The notes under the pieces: model-generated
Database searches by the model: none
Seen by the model: only the letters and a program-made list of their open reading frames with translations
Told to the model about the DNA's origin: nothing
In this document: positions 1 to 21,113 of the stretch, one piece after another
Layout of the letters: every line of letters begins with the position of its first letter
Position numbering within the stretch: position 1 is the first letter of the stretch
Position numbers and translations under genes: made by a program
Origin: the human T2T-CHM13v2.0 reference genome, Homo sapiens
NCBI RefSeq assembly: GCF_009914755.1
Contig: NC_060925.1
DNA length: 64,000 bases
Direction: 5' to 3' (one strand)

Positions 1-253
1 AAGAATCAGCTCCGGCCACCGCAGCAAATCCCACCCCACGCGGGAACTTGAAGTCCGGCACGTAGGTCCCGCGGCGGCCGGGCTCCAACAGGCCCCAATT
101 GCCACCAGAGGTAGCCGTAAACCCATGGTCCCCGAAACTCCTTCCGGGCCTACCTGACAAAAACTGAGACAACCTCCTTAGGCCCCCGGGATTCCCCCTG
201 TGCCGCCTGACCGCCCGCCAGTCCCAGAGTTTAGGGCCAGGGGCCCCGCCTAC

Positions 254-315
254 CTGAGGGCACTGGCCTGGCGGACCGCGCCGGGGGAGCACTTCCGCTG
301 GACGCACGCACTTCC
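254..315 (-). other. LZIC: LZIC non-coding first exon (5' end approximate; rest of gene lies left of the window)
   Basis: Minus-strand donor CAG|GTAGGC ending at 254, with an alternative CAG|GTAGGC ending at 154. LZIC is known to lie head-to-head with NMNAT1. No LZIC coding sequence is in the window. Confidence 0.55.
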
Positions 316-335
316 GGCCCCCTGGAACCAATGAG

Positions 336-420
336 AGTGCGACCGAGATGTTCCACTCGCTGGCGTCCGGGCCGCTGGTGATCTCCGGTAGCACTCGGGC
401 CGGCGGACAGTGAGGGCGCG
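336..420 (+). other. NMNAT1: NMNAT1 exon 1 (5'UTR; start approximate)
   Basis: Ends GAGGGCGCG|GTAAGC. Counting back from the ATG across exon 2, position 420 = c.-57 and 407/408 = c.-70A/c.-69C, matching the 5'UTR numbering I recall for NMNAT1. Confidence 0.85.
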
Positions 421-877
421 GTAAGCTCCCCGCAAGGAGCCCCTGAGAAACTGGTCGCTTTTTGTCCTAGATATAGGGGAGTCCAGGATGGTGTGGTGGA
501 GTCTTTAGAGTCGAATATGACCCGAGGCAAGCTCATATTCAGGTTTGGGGCAAGGAGCTTTGATTGACCCTTAATTTTTTCAGTGGAACGGAAAACTTCG
601 GTAAAATAGCTTCTGACCTTCGGAACAGATGGATTCACCTTGGAAAGGAAAAATCTCTTTCTAGAAGAGTCTTGAGGTCTGGCACCTTTAGGCTTAACGG
701 GGGACGGCTGGGCGTCAGAGGAGGAAATCCTTCATTCCGAACGACTTCCCTTTCCTCCTAAATCCTTCTTTCCAAATCTGTAAAAGACTACATCTACTTT
801 GCTGGAGGTGGTTTGACACTCATGCTCCTTGAGAAGGAGGTAATGAGCTGTAGGGCAGCTCTTAAAAAGTTACCCTT

Positions 878-1244
<367 letters not shown>

Positions 1245-1756
1245 TCATTTGAGCCCAGGCTGGGCAACATAGCAAGACCCTCATAACAAAAAATTAAAAA
1301 TAAAATTACCCAGAAACTGGTTGGAACTATTTAATGATGTTCTTAGTCCATCTTCCTGAAGTAGTCCACAGAACAACATCAGTGTTCATGGTAGAATTGT
1401 TTCATCAGGGCAGTTTTTTTTTAAGTAACAATGTCTTGTTAAAAAACAAGAGCTGTGTTGCCCAGGCTGGAGTGCAGTGGTGTGATCATAGCTCACTGCA
1501 GCCTTGAACTCCTGGGCTCAAGCGATCCTCTGGCCTTGGCCCCTCAAAGTGTTGTGGTGATTGGCACAAGCCACCGACAGGCCTGGAGTCTGAAGTTAGT
1601 TATATTTCAGCTACCCAGGATAAACTTCTAACTATGATTACCACAGAACTCTACCAAAACTAATTGTTTCACTTAGTTCTGTCTGATTATGGAATCTCTT
1701 TATTACCATCAGTTGTTTTTCAGAGTTATAATTTGAATATGAAACCATTTTTCTAG

Positions 1757-1921
<165 letters not shown>

Positions 1922-2420
1922 TAAGGTCAGGAATTCAAAACCAGCCCGGCCAACATGGTGAAACCCCATCTCTACTAAAAATACAAAAATTAACCAGGCG
2001 TGGTGGTCCATGCCTGTAATCTTAGCTACTCAGGAGGCTGAGGCATGAGAATCGCTTGAACTCAGGAGGTGAATGCTGCAGTGAGCCAAGATCACGACGC
2101 TGCACTGCAGCCTGGGTGACAGAGCAACTCCGTCTTAAAAAAACAAAACAAAACAAAACAAAAGAAGAAAAAAATAAAAGTACCTATTAATGCAATTATC
2201 TTTCAATTTTGATTCATAAATATGTGTGGAAGTGTCAATGTTTTGGGTAAAATGGAATTCACAGTGACAGAGTCAGTGCCATACAAAACAAAACTGGAAA
2301 ATATACTTTAAAAAAATTATTTGAGCTGGGTGTAGTGGCTCACACCTGTAATCCCAGGACTTTGGGAAGCCGAGGTGGGCGGATCACGAGGTCAGGAGTT
2401 TGAGACCAGCCTGGCCCCTA

Positions 2421-2646
<226 letters not shown>

Positions 2647-3577
2647 TCACAGTGTACTTTCCCTGATTTTTTAATTTTTGTTTTTGTTTGCCCTGTCACC
2701 CAGACTGGAGTACAGTGACACGAGCACGGCTCACTGCAGCCTTAATCTCTCAGGCTCAAGTGATCCTTGCACCTCAGCCTCCCTAGTAGCTGGGACTTCA
2801 GGTGCATGCCACCACATCCGGCTAGTTTTTGTATTTTTTGTAGAGATGAGGTTTTGTCATGTTGCCCAGGCTGGTTTCAAACTCCTGGGCTCAAGTAATC
2901 CTCCCACCTTGGCCCCGCAAAGTGCCGGAATTACAGGCATGAGCCACCCCACCCAGCCTTCCCCTAATTTTGATAATGATAATCCAATGTTCTGTTCTGG
3001 CATTTGTGTAGTTTTAGCGTGTGCAGTCTTCGAAGCAGTGGAGGTATTTGCCTTTTCTTCTCTGTGACTTAGTCATTCAGCAGTTCTATGCTAAGGGTTT
3101 TTTTATATGCCTTTAGGTTCTTGTTTAGAGTTAATGGATAATGAAAACATTTCTAATGCATAAGAGAAATGCATTCTGAAACAAAAATAGAATACAAGCC
3201 TTCAGACAGAAGGCAGAGAAGAAACTGGAGAAAGAGAAATAAGATGTTAGGTAGGAAACCATGGGAGACAGCACTGGGGAAAGTAACCTCCAGACTGGGA
3301 GTCACTGGGAAACCAGATAAATGCTCCTTGGCAGCGGGAGGAGTTGAGGACACTTCAGCTTGGTCTTGGGATGGGAGCCCAGAGAACGCAAGTTGCTCCA
3401 ACTAGGTAGGGAAAATGCTGGGACAGATGAAACTTGAGTGGCTAACAAGAAGTACCAGGAGCCAAAGGCTCTCTGAACACTTGGGCCTCTTTTAAATGTC
3501 TGCCTTAAATAGCTTGTACCATTGTAAGTCTTGCATAATGGGTGAGAACATGAACTTTTAGAATCAAAGATGTCACT

Positions 3578-3905
3578 CTAGGTGTGGTTGTATTTGGAGT
3601 AAGGAAATAATTAAGGTTAAATGAGGTCATAAGTGTGGGGCCCTGATCCGATAGGACTAGTGTCCTTATCAGAAGAGTGAATGGAGAGCTTGCCCCTTAC
3701 CCTTACATACTGAAGAAAGATTATGTGAGGACTAGCAAGAAGGTGGCCATGTACAAGACAGGAACAGAGCTGCCACCAGAGACCAAATTGGCCAAAACCT
3801 TGATCTTGGGCTTCTAGTCTCCAGAATGGTGACAAAGTAAATTTCTGTTGTTTAAGTCACCCAGTCTGTGGTATTTTAGTATGACAGCCCAAGCAGACAA
3901 ATACA
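3578..3905 (+). mobile_element. ERVL-MaLR solo LTR (MLT1A/MST-like)
   Basis: Characteristic AAGGTTAAATGAGGTCATAAG..GGGGCCCTGATCC and terminal TTTCTGTTGTTTAAGTCACCCAGTCTGTGGTATTTT...ACAGCCC motifs. Confidence 0.75.
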
Positions 3906-3919
3906 CCATCTATATGCAG

Positions 3920-4860
3920 ATACATCCAAATCTCTAGTCTGTTGTATGTCTGTACCTCTCCCCTGAACTTGGCTTTGTTCTCCACTTGCCTACTTATTGT
4001 CACCACTTGGATATATAATAGATGTCTCAAACTTCACTTCTCTGTAAACTGAACTCCTGATAGTCCCCTCAAGCCTACTCCATAGACATCTTTCTCTTCT
4101 CTTTTTTTTGGAGACAGGGTCTTGCTGTGTCGCCCAGGCTGGAGTGCAATGGCGTGATCATGGTTCACTGCAGCCTTGAACTCCTAGACTTAGGTGATCC
4201 TCCCACCTCCGCCTCCCAAGTAGGATGTGAGGGCAACCTGGCTGTGACATCTCTCACCCCGTTGATCACCAGGGTTGATCCGGCTGATCTGGCTGGCTAG
4301 GCCGGTGTCTCCTTCCTCCCTCACTGCTCCATGTATATCCCTCCCGAAGCTGCACACTCAAGTCGAAGAGAACGACCATCCCCAATAGAGGAGGACTAAT
4401 CTTCGGTCAAGGGTATATAAGTAGCTGCGTTCCCCTGCTAGAACCTCCAAACAAGCTCTCAAGGTCCCAGGTAGCTAGGATTACAGGCACACGCCATCAT
4501 GCTTCACTATCATTCTCTTCTCAATTAAAGGTAATACTGTTCTTTTAGCTGCTTAGGCCAAAAACTTTTGGAGTCATGCTTGACTTTTCTTTCTTTCACA
4601 GCCCACATCCCATCCATTGCAAATCACATTGGCTGTATGTTCCAAATACACCCAGAATTGAGTGACATCTTATCACTTTGCTACCACCATCAGGGCCAGG
4701 TCAGCATCACCTGTCACCTGGATTATTGCAGTAGCCTCCCATCTTATGTCTTCACTTGTACCCTTGCCTCTCCCTACATTCTGTTTTCAGCTTCAACTGC
4801 TAGAGAGATCCTTAAAAATATGTCAGATCATGTCACTCCTCTGCTCAAAGCCCTGCAGTG
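3920..4860. mobile_element. L2 LINE fragment interrupted by Alu plus 7SK copy
   Basis: L2-like motifs (GTCTCAAACTT..AAACTGAACTCCTGA; TGGAGTCATGCTTGAC; TCAGATCATGTCACTCCTCTGCTCAAA). Confidence 0.65.
4223..4467 (+). pseudogene. RN7SKP269: 7SK snRNA retropseudogene, 3'-truncated at about nt 245, inserted in an antisense Alu
   Basis: Begins GGATGTGAGGGC and follows 7SK (GGGTTGAT.CGGCTGATCTGGCTGGCTAGGC ... GAACCTCCAAACAAGCTCTCAAGGTCC). Flanked by TCCCAAGTAG / TCCCAGGTAG duplication. The 7SK identity is clear; the pseudogene number is from memory. Confidence 0.88.
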
Positions 4861-5573
4861 GTTGATGAGGTCTAGAGAATGTGTTGTTTCTAAATAATTT
4901 CTGTTAATCATGGTAATATAATTACTTCAAAGGAATTTCATTCTTATTGTGTGATTGCTCGCATTTCTAATTCCTAACTTAGTGCTGTGTCTGGGATGTG
5001 GAAGGTGGTCCGAAAATGTTGGTGGCGTCAAGGGATAGTGGGTATATATTAGGTAACCTCTCCAGATAAGAACAGATGAACAGTCATTTCCATGTGTTCA
5101 GGTGCTGTGCCTGTCAGAGATACTTTGGGAGATTTTATACTGAATACGTTCTTCTTGCCCATTAGTACTGTTCTTTTTCTCAAGAAATGGAGTTGTCGGC
5201 CAGGTGAGGTGGCTCATGCTCGTAATCCCAACACTTTGGGAGGTTAAGGTGGGCGGATTGCTTGAGCCCAGGAGTTTGAGACCAGTCTGGGCAATATAGT
5301 GAAACCTTATCTCTACAAAAAAATACAAAAGAGTAGCCAGGTCTGGTGGGGCATACCTGTAGTCCCAGCTACTTGGGGTAAGGGCTGAGGTGGGAGGATG
5401 GCTTGAGTCCGGGAGGTGGAGGTTGCAGTGACTGTGCCATTGTATTCCAGCCTGGGTGATAGAGCGAGACCCTGTCTCAAAATGAAGTGGTATCCAGTCC
5501 TTAATGACATTGGGACCATTTGTGAGTAACTAGTCCCTAACAAAAATACTTCAGAATTTTTTTTTTTTTTTGA

Positions 5574-5678
<105 letters not shown>

Positions 5679-5973
5679 TAAGTAGCTGGTACAGGCACCC
5701 GCCACCATGCCTGGCTAATTTTTTGTATTTTTAGTAGAGACGGGGTTTCACCATGTTGGCCAGGCTGGTCTCGAACTCCTGACCTCAGGTGATTCACCCA
5801 CCTGGCCTCCCAAAATGCTGGGATTACAGGCGTCAGCCACTGTGTCTGGCCCGGAATTGTTAAATATACACTGAAGTAAAAAGACAAAACACGGCTGGCC
5901 ATGGTGGCTCACGCCTGTAATCCCAGCACTTTGGGAGGCCGAGGCAGGTGGATCACCTGATGTCAGGTGTTCA

Positions 5974-6207
<234 letters not shown>

Positions 6208-6273
6208 TCACTTAGCTATTTTCTCTAGAAAACAATTAGCTGTCATGATGCAGAAGATTGTTATAATCTATAA

Positions 6274-6693
<420 letters not shown>

Positions 6694-6986
6694 TGACCTT
6701 GTTTAAATACACAATCTGAATTACTGGGGTCTTTTGAAACTAAACCTTTGTTCATTACTAAGATTTCTATTTTCCTTCCTCTTTTTCAGCACTTATTTCT
6801 ATAGCAGTCTCCCAGCTGATGCCACTTAACTTCATTGAACAAAAAATGAGGTTTAGAAAATCACAATAATCATTGTGAAAGTATTTGATAGGAGATCTTT
6901 ATTTGGGGTGAATTGGGTTATGATGTCAGTCCTGTGATTTCAGCGGAACTGTTTCTTTTTATCCATTGTCAGTGAGTGCTCATTAA

Positions 6987-7196
<210 letters not shown>

Positions 7197-7199
7197 TGA

Positions 7200-7316
<117 letters not shown>

Positions 7317-7481
7317 TAAATGACTGATTTTGACATGCTTCCTGTTATTGGCCCTGCTGTTCAGCTGAAATAGCAGGATAGGAGATGGTCGTGTGATGGC
7401 CGATAGGTGGCAGTGCTGCTGGGACAGGCCCAGCCTGGTAGAGACGAGTATCTCAGACAGGAAAAACAGGACCCAGATGGC

Positions 7482-7558
7482 TCAGACTGTTGGGTTAGCA
7501 TCTGGCCTTCGACAGGTCACCCTGGCCCGCCAGATCAGCCCCAGGCCTGACAAAAGCA
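7482..7558 (-). pseudogene. TMEM274P: Nested gene last coding exon (VLLSGLGLIWRARVTCRRPDANPTV*)
   Basis: Acceptor ttctttatcctgTAG, phase 1 entry, TGA at 7484-7482. Candidate minus-strand AATAAA at 6903-6898. Confidence 0.75.
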
Positions 7559-8140
7559 CTACAGGATAAAGAATAGGATCTCATTAAATGCAGTGGAAGT
7601 AACGTGAGAAGGATGGCTTTTCATATGCCATCCTAACCCTCCCCTCCCCCCGTTTTCTTTGCTTTGCTTTTCATACTTCTTAGCTTCTTGGATCTCTTGC
7701 TTTAAGAGGAACTAGGGTGTGGGCACAGTGGTTCACGGCTATAATCCCAGCACTTTGGGAGGCTGAGACGGGTGGATCAGTTGAGGTCAGGAGTTCAAGA
7801 CTAGCCTGGCCAACATGGCGAAACCCCATCTCTACTAAAAATACCAAAATTATCCAGGCATAGTGGCACACACCTTTAATTCCAGCTACTGGGGAGGCTG
7901 AGGCAGAAGAATTGCTTTAATCAAGGAGGAGGAGGTTGCAGTGAGCCAAGATCACGCCACTGCACTCCAGCTTAAGCAACAAAGTGAGACTCTGTTTCAA
8001 AAAAAAAAAAAAAAGAGGAACTAGAGCTTAATATTCTCCTTGCAACATCACAGTCACAGTGCTGGTTGAGTAGTTACTTGCCTCGAAGGACTGGTAAGCC
8101 TTTGACAAGGATTGGTTACTTGGGAAGTTTTCTTGCTTAC

Positions 8141-8207
8141 CTGTAGAAGTTAAGCTGCTCACCGACAGGAGCACAGACAAGTAGTAAAGTTCAGGGGTTG
8201 TTGTTTC
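8141..8207 (-). pseudogene. TMEM274P: Nested gene exon (ETTTPELYYLSVLLSVSSLTST-V)
   Basis: Acceptor ccttttctctctcaaatgTAG, donor CAG|GTAAGC. 67 nt, phase 0 to 1. Confidence 0.78.
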
Positions 8208-9049
8208 CTACATTTGAGAGAGAAAAGGTGCTATGAGGAATACTTTGTCTTTTAATCAGAATGTGTTAAAAATGTTTTGCCACAAGGATTTAAATGAAGG
8301 TGCCAATTTAGCAAGAAATAGAAGTCTTGCTGTATACTGTGCCAAACCCAATCCAACAGCTTCAGTTTTTTTTTGTTGTTGTTGTTGTTGTTTGTTTGTT
8401 TGTTTTGAGGCAAGATGTTGCTTTGTCATCCAGGCCAAAGTGCAGTGGTGTGAGCATGGCTCACTGGAGCCTTGACTTCCTGGGTTCACGGGATCCTCCT
8501 GCCTCAGCCTCCCAAGTAGCTGGGACTACAGGCACGTGCCACCAGGTCCAGCTAATTTTTGTAATTTTTGTAGAGATGGGGTTTCTCCACATTGCCTATG
8601 CTGGTCTTCATCTCCTGGGCTCAATCGATCTGCCTGCCTCAGCCTTCCAAAGTACTGGGATTAGAGGCGTGAGCCACTGTGCCCGGCCTGTTTCACTGTT
8701 GATTAATATCTTAACTACTTTTCGAAGCTCTAGTAAAGTAGAATTCACCTACAAAAACAAAAATCTCTTGTAGAATTTTTAAACTTTCCCCAGTGAAATG
8801 TTTTAACTGTGACATGTGCCTAATCAGGTATTCCATCTCCACATATCTCTTCTTTTGGTGTCAGTAGAAAATAAATATTGAAGACATATTATTTACAGCC
8901 AAACTTTCAGATTAAGATAAGCCTTTAGAAATTCTTTGTTTATGGCTCACGCCTGTAATCCCAGCACTTTGGGAGGCCGAGGTGGGTGGATCACGAGGTC
9001 GGGAGATCCAGACCATCCTGGCTAACACAGTGAAACCCCATCTCTACTA

Positions 9050-9412
<363 letters not shown>

Positions 9413-9422
9413 TTAGGTTTAA

Positions 9423-14510
<5,088 letters not shown>

Positions 14511-15288
14511 TTACCAGTTTTTAAATTCACGTTAATTTGCGATTTTGGTGAAAAACTATTTCATGGGAATTCTGACTTCTAGTAAGGAAAAATGACTTAT
14601 TTTACACAGACTTTCTGTAATAGAAGCTGGTGAGTTTGAGTTCGGCTAATTACAAGGAGTGTTGCAGCTTCCTGTCACTCCCCCTCGCTTAAGTAGATTC
14701 TCAGTTTTCAGATTTTTTTTTAGAATTAAAGTTATTAACAGACTGTTTCCGCTAAGAATAATTTCGAAGACAGAATCTGAAAGAACATATTAAGTAATAA
14801 TCAGGTCGGGCGTGCCTGTCACCCTCAGCCCTGCAGACATAAGCTAACGCTAGACCGTTGGGACTGGTCTCCAGGGAATCTGTAAGTTGAGACATTGGTC
14901 CCCTCATTGTCTCCTATTTAATGGCTTTCTATACCAGAAGAAGTAAGTGTGGATTAAAAGTTAAGCTCAGTTTACCCACAGCTATCTTCACTATATTGAG
15001 ATTTTTGGCTTTTCAAAGAAGTGAAGTAGGTGATTGCCCTTGGTAATAGGGGCAGAAAACATGGGGCAGGCTGCAATTAACATTTTACATTACTCGTTTA
15101 GTGATGAAATAGCTTCCAGAAAACAAATTCAGGTTCTGTTTGGTGATAATGTTACATTTAACTACAGAGATAAAGTTTTAAACATAATGATATTTTGTGT
15201 TTTTAGTAGAGATGGTGTTTCTGATTGAATTGAGATCCATTGCATTCTAATAAAATTCTATCTAATAATACTTCAATAAGAATATTAA

Positions 15289-15558
<270 letters not shown>

Positions 15559-17621
15559 TGATCAGGTTGGTCTTGAATTCCTGACCTCGTGATCCGCCCG
15601 CCTCTGTCTCCCAAAGTACTGGGATTAGAGGTGTGAGCCACTGCTCCCAGCCTGTTGATACTGATCTTTAGGGAATCTTTAGAACCTTGGTTCCTTTATC
15701 ATGACTGTAAATTAATGTAAAACAACCTGCAAGTAATACTAAGTTATCAATATTCATAATTGGTAGACAAATGTGTCAAACATTTTACATGCATTATCTA
15801 ATTTAATATGCACAAAATCCTATGACATAGGACTGTGGTTCTCCATTTTTTTAAATGAGGAAACTGACTGTTAACTGACAAACTGAGAGTTAATCTACCT
15901 ACCACAACTTGCACAAGCAAATGAAAATTGTTACTGCTCAAAGCATTTTTGAAATTCTTTTGAGATTACGTGTACGTAGTTTCCATGGCATGTAAGAAAA
16001 TCTTGGTCGGGCACAGTGGCTTAAGCCTGTAATCCCAGCACTTTGGGAAGCCGAGGCAGGTGGATCACCTGAGATCGGGAGTTTGAGACCAGCCTGGCCA
16101 GCATACTGAAACCCCATCTCTACTAAAAATACAAAAATTAGCTGGGTGTGGTGGCGGGCGCCTGTAATCCCAGCTACTCAGGAGGCTGAAGCAGAAGAAT
16201 CGCTTGAACCCGGGAGGCAGAGGTTGCAGTGAGCTGAGATCGTGCCATTGCACTACAGCCAGGGGACAAGAGTGAAACTCCATCTTGGAAAAAAAAAAAA
16301 AAAAAAGAGGCCGGGTGCGGTGACTCACGCCTATAATCCTAGCACTTTGGGAGGCCAAAGTAGGCAGATCATGAGGTCAGGAGTTCAAGACCAGCATGAC
16401 CAATATGGTGAAACCCCATCTCTACTAAAAATACAAAAATTAGCTGGGCGTGGTGGCATGCGCCTGTAATCCCAGCTACTCAGGAGGCTGAGGCAGGAGA
16501 ATGGCTTGAACCTGGGAGGTGGAGGTTGCAGTGAGCCAAGATTGCACGCCACTGCACTCCAGCCTGGCGACAACGAGACTCTGTCCCCCCACCAAAAAAA
16601 GAAAAGAAAGAAAATCTCACCATTAACTAATCATTCTAACTCCCTTCTTCACTGTAAACTATTAAATTCACCTTGATTATTTTATTAATTGGGTTTAGCA
16701 CTGAATAACTTTAGGGGATTCACAGAAATCAAATATACCCTCCAAAGACAGATTTATCCCCAGTGAAGGTACTCAAAAGAATATGCAATTTCAAAATATA
16801 CCCCCAAGAGTATTTAATGGCAGCATTGTTGGAACAAGAACATAGCTACATGCTTAAAGTTATTGTTTTGAAAGGAATAGCACCCTTTTAGAGGTGTAAA
16901 TCCTGAGAGGTGGTGAGGTCAGCCATGTTACTTAACTCTTAGCCAACACAGGTTTAATACTGAGCATCCTGAAATATGCGATAGGGAAAGCCAAACAGAA
17001 TTACTATTGTTTTCGAAAAGTTGATTTTTAAAAAACTGACTTTTTAGCCAGGAGTGATGGCGTGTGCTTGTAGTACTAGCTACTTGGCAGGCTGAGGTGG
17101 GAGGATCTCTTGAGCCTGGGATTTGAAGGCTGCAGTGAGCAATGATTGTGCCACTGTACTGCAGCCTAGGCAACAGAGCGATACCCTATCTCTAAAAAAA
17201 ACAAAAACAAAAACAAAAAAACCCTGGCTTAATGTTATGTTAATATTTACATCTCAGTGTTTTTAAAACATAAAGATCAGTTATTTTGGCCAGGTGTGGT
17301 GGCTCATGCCTCTAATCCCAGCACCGTGGGAGGCCAAGGTGGGAGGATCACTTGAGGCCAGGAGTTTGACACCAGCCTGGGCAACACAGCGAGACCCCAT
17401 CTCTACCAAAAATAATAATAATAATAAAGATCAGTAACTACCCAGGCCAAAACGCAGTGGCTCAATTTCAGCCTCCCGAGTGGCTGGGACTACAGCCACG
17501 TGCCACTGTACCCAGCCCAAGATTAGTAATTTTAAAATTAAAAGTAAATTTTAAGCCTCAAGACTGCCAGAGAAAGAAATGAACTCCTTATTGTCACAGT
17601 GAGCTGAGGAGGGACACTTAC

Positions 17622-17695
17622 AGCCTGAGCTGGTGAGTTCTCAGCAGCCAGCAGTGCAAGCGATAGGCCGTGTGGGCCAAACAAAAGTGAATCAT
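17622..17695 (-). pseudogene. TMEM274P: Candidate first coding exon of nested gene (MIHFCLAHTAYRLHCWLLRTHQLR-L)
   Basis: gtcaccATG start context, donor GCT|GTAAGT. 74 nt (phase 2), matching the next exon. Confidence 0.55.
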
Positions 17696-18698
17696 GGTGA
17701 CACTGGGCCCAGAGCACCTGGAGCAAGACAAGGAGGACCCAGGGCAGTCCCGTTAGAGTTTCCAAACTGCTGCACCCATTCATCAATCGGCCACAGCCCC
17801 CCTATACGCATGCGCATGTGCCCTGCAATGATATGGAGGAAGTACTCTTCAGGAAAGGGACAGACCCTAGTTCTTTAAAACCCACTTTTGGCAGCAATAG
17901 GAGCTCACTGTAACCTTAACTCTTGTGTGGCTCTGAAGGTTTAGAGTCTGGTGTGAGCTCGAGTTGGCTTTGTTAACAGTTAGTGGAACTGTGAGCTGGA
18001 TATTTGAGACAAGTTATAGATGTAACAAGGGAGAAAGACAGCTTCCTTTATGCTGAGAGATCAGCTTCCTCCAGCCCTTCCACATCCCTTGGGCATCACC
18101 TGGAAACCTAAGCTTATCCCCAAGTGTAGGGCTAAAAGCTGTTTGTTCCATCCTTCCCTGAAGTCTGCTTCAGAACTGCAGCAGCTCCCTTGAGGACCCA
18201 CACCTCTCGAACTCAGCCTTACCCTTCTTCCATCTCTCTCTTGGGAATAGTAACTGAAACCTGAGATGGGCGGGGTTGTCTGACGCCAGCTGTCTGTCTG
18301 GTGCCAGCTGAACCCAGCCCCTCCACCAGTCTTTGAGAGCATGCTCAGTGGCTGGTGGATACCCTGATTTCTCTGTAGGCCTCAGGGTACTATGGGCATG
18401 TCGCATTCATCACCCCCTCCCATAATACCACTGGTAGTTTTTATGGGTATCGAGGGCCTGGGGTAGGGATAAAGGGTATGGGTACAAGCCCCAAGTGAAT
18501 CATGGTATGATACTTTTGATGGTAACTGAAAGGTAAGACATTTAAATCATTCTTAGTGATGAACTCATTTTTTTCTAATGCCCTAGTGACTACTACTGAA
18601 CCTTCTCCGTTATTCCCTAAGAACAGTTAGCAGTGTCCCTGTGATCCCACCACTGTGCCTTCTTTCGAGAAGGCCCCAAGTATATATATATTTTTTGA

Positions 18699-18854
<156 letters not shown>

Positions 18855-19109
18855 TAGTAGAGACGGGGTTTCTCCATGTTGGTCAGGCTAGTCTCGAACT
18901 CCCAACCACAGGTGATCCACCTGCCTCGCCCTCCCAAAATGCTGGGATTACAGGCATGACCTACCGCGCCCGGACCCCAAGTATCTTTCTTACTTCCATT
19001 TCCACTGACTATTTGTGGCTGCTTTTCCTATCTTGTTTCATCCCGTCCAATGAATTCCAAATCATCACTGTCATCAGTAACATCACTTTCCTCAAAAATA
19101 ACAGCTGCC

Positions 19110-19445
<336 letters not shown>

Positions 19446-19551
19446 CTAAGCCCCTTGCCATGTTTATCCTCAGAATTAATCCTCAAAGTAACTGAGATTG
19501 GCCTTCTCATTATCTCCATTTTACAGATAAAGAACCTAAAAACAGAGTTAA

Positions 19552-19888
<337 letters not shown>

Positions 19889-20291
19889 CCCAAATAAGGG
19901 TTTTTAACACCCATGTCATATTATTTTGAGAACCCTGTTGTCACTCCTTTGCTCAGAAACCTTCAAAGGTTCCCATTGTCCAAGGGGTTAAAGTTTATAT
20001 TTCTCAACTCCTTAGCTATGAGAGGGCTCAATTCCAATCTACACTGTTCCAGTTTATCTCCCATTTTTCTTCTTGGTGAGAGAGCTTAAGAGTCAGGAAA
20101 CCTAAATTCTAGTCCTGATGTGCCATTCACTAGCTTTGTCCACCGACAGCATAAAATCTGAACAAAAGCAAGTTGGTCAGCCTAGCAGTTATGTCTGACT
20201 ACTATTGGGCTACAAATGAACAGTCTTGACACAGGTGTTTTGAGTATTGCCAAGTCTTAGATGTACACAGTGAGGCATTGCATAGCCTTAA

Positions 20292-20498
<207 letters not shown>

Positions 20499-20858
20499 TA
20501 GTAGAGACGGTTTCACCATGTTGGCCAGGCTGGTCTCGAACTTCTGACCTCGTGATCCGCCCACCTCAGCCTCCCAAAGTGCTGGGATTACAGGCGTGAG
20601 CCACCGCATCTGGCCCCCATTATTTCTTTTTTGAGATGTTTGTAATAGTGAAAAATTAGAAAAACCTAAATATCCAAAGGTCGAAGATTAACTGGAAAAA
20701 CTGAATTAACTATAGATTATCATTTGGAACATGCTAATTGCTTTTGGCCAAGTTATTTTTTTGCAGTGAGAATCAAATGACAATGTGTATGAATTTTATT
20801 TTATTTTATTTTATTTTTGAGACAGAGTCTCACCCTATCACTCAGGCTGGAGTGCTGA

Positions 20859-21113
<255 letters not shown>

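Larger units (their letters stand above)
1..480. promoter_or_regulatory. CpG island / bidirectional promoter of LZIC (-) and NMNAT1 (+)
   Basis: GC- and CpG-rich. Tandem ETS/GABPA-type CACTTCCG motifs at 290-297 and 309-317, CCAAT at 328-332, no TATA. Divergent splice donors flank it (- strand GTAGG at 253-249; + strand GTAAGC at 421). Confidence 0.88.

Noticed and set aside
231-761. ORFs over the promoter as candidate LZIC coding sequence or microproteins
   Set aside because: No resemblance to LZIC protein; they cross splice donors; GC-rich chance ORFs.
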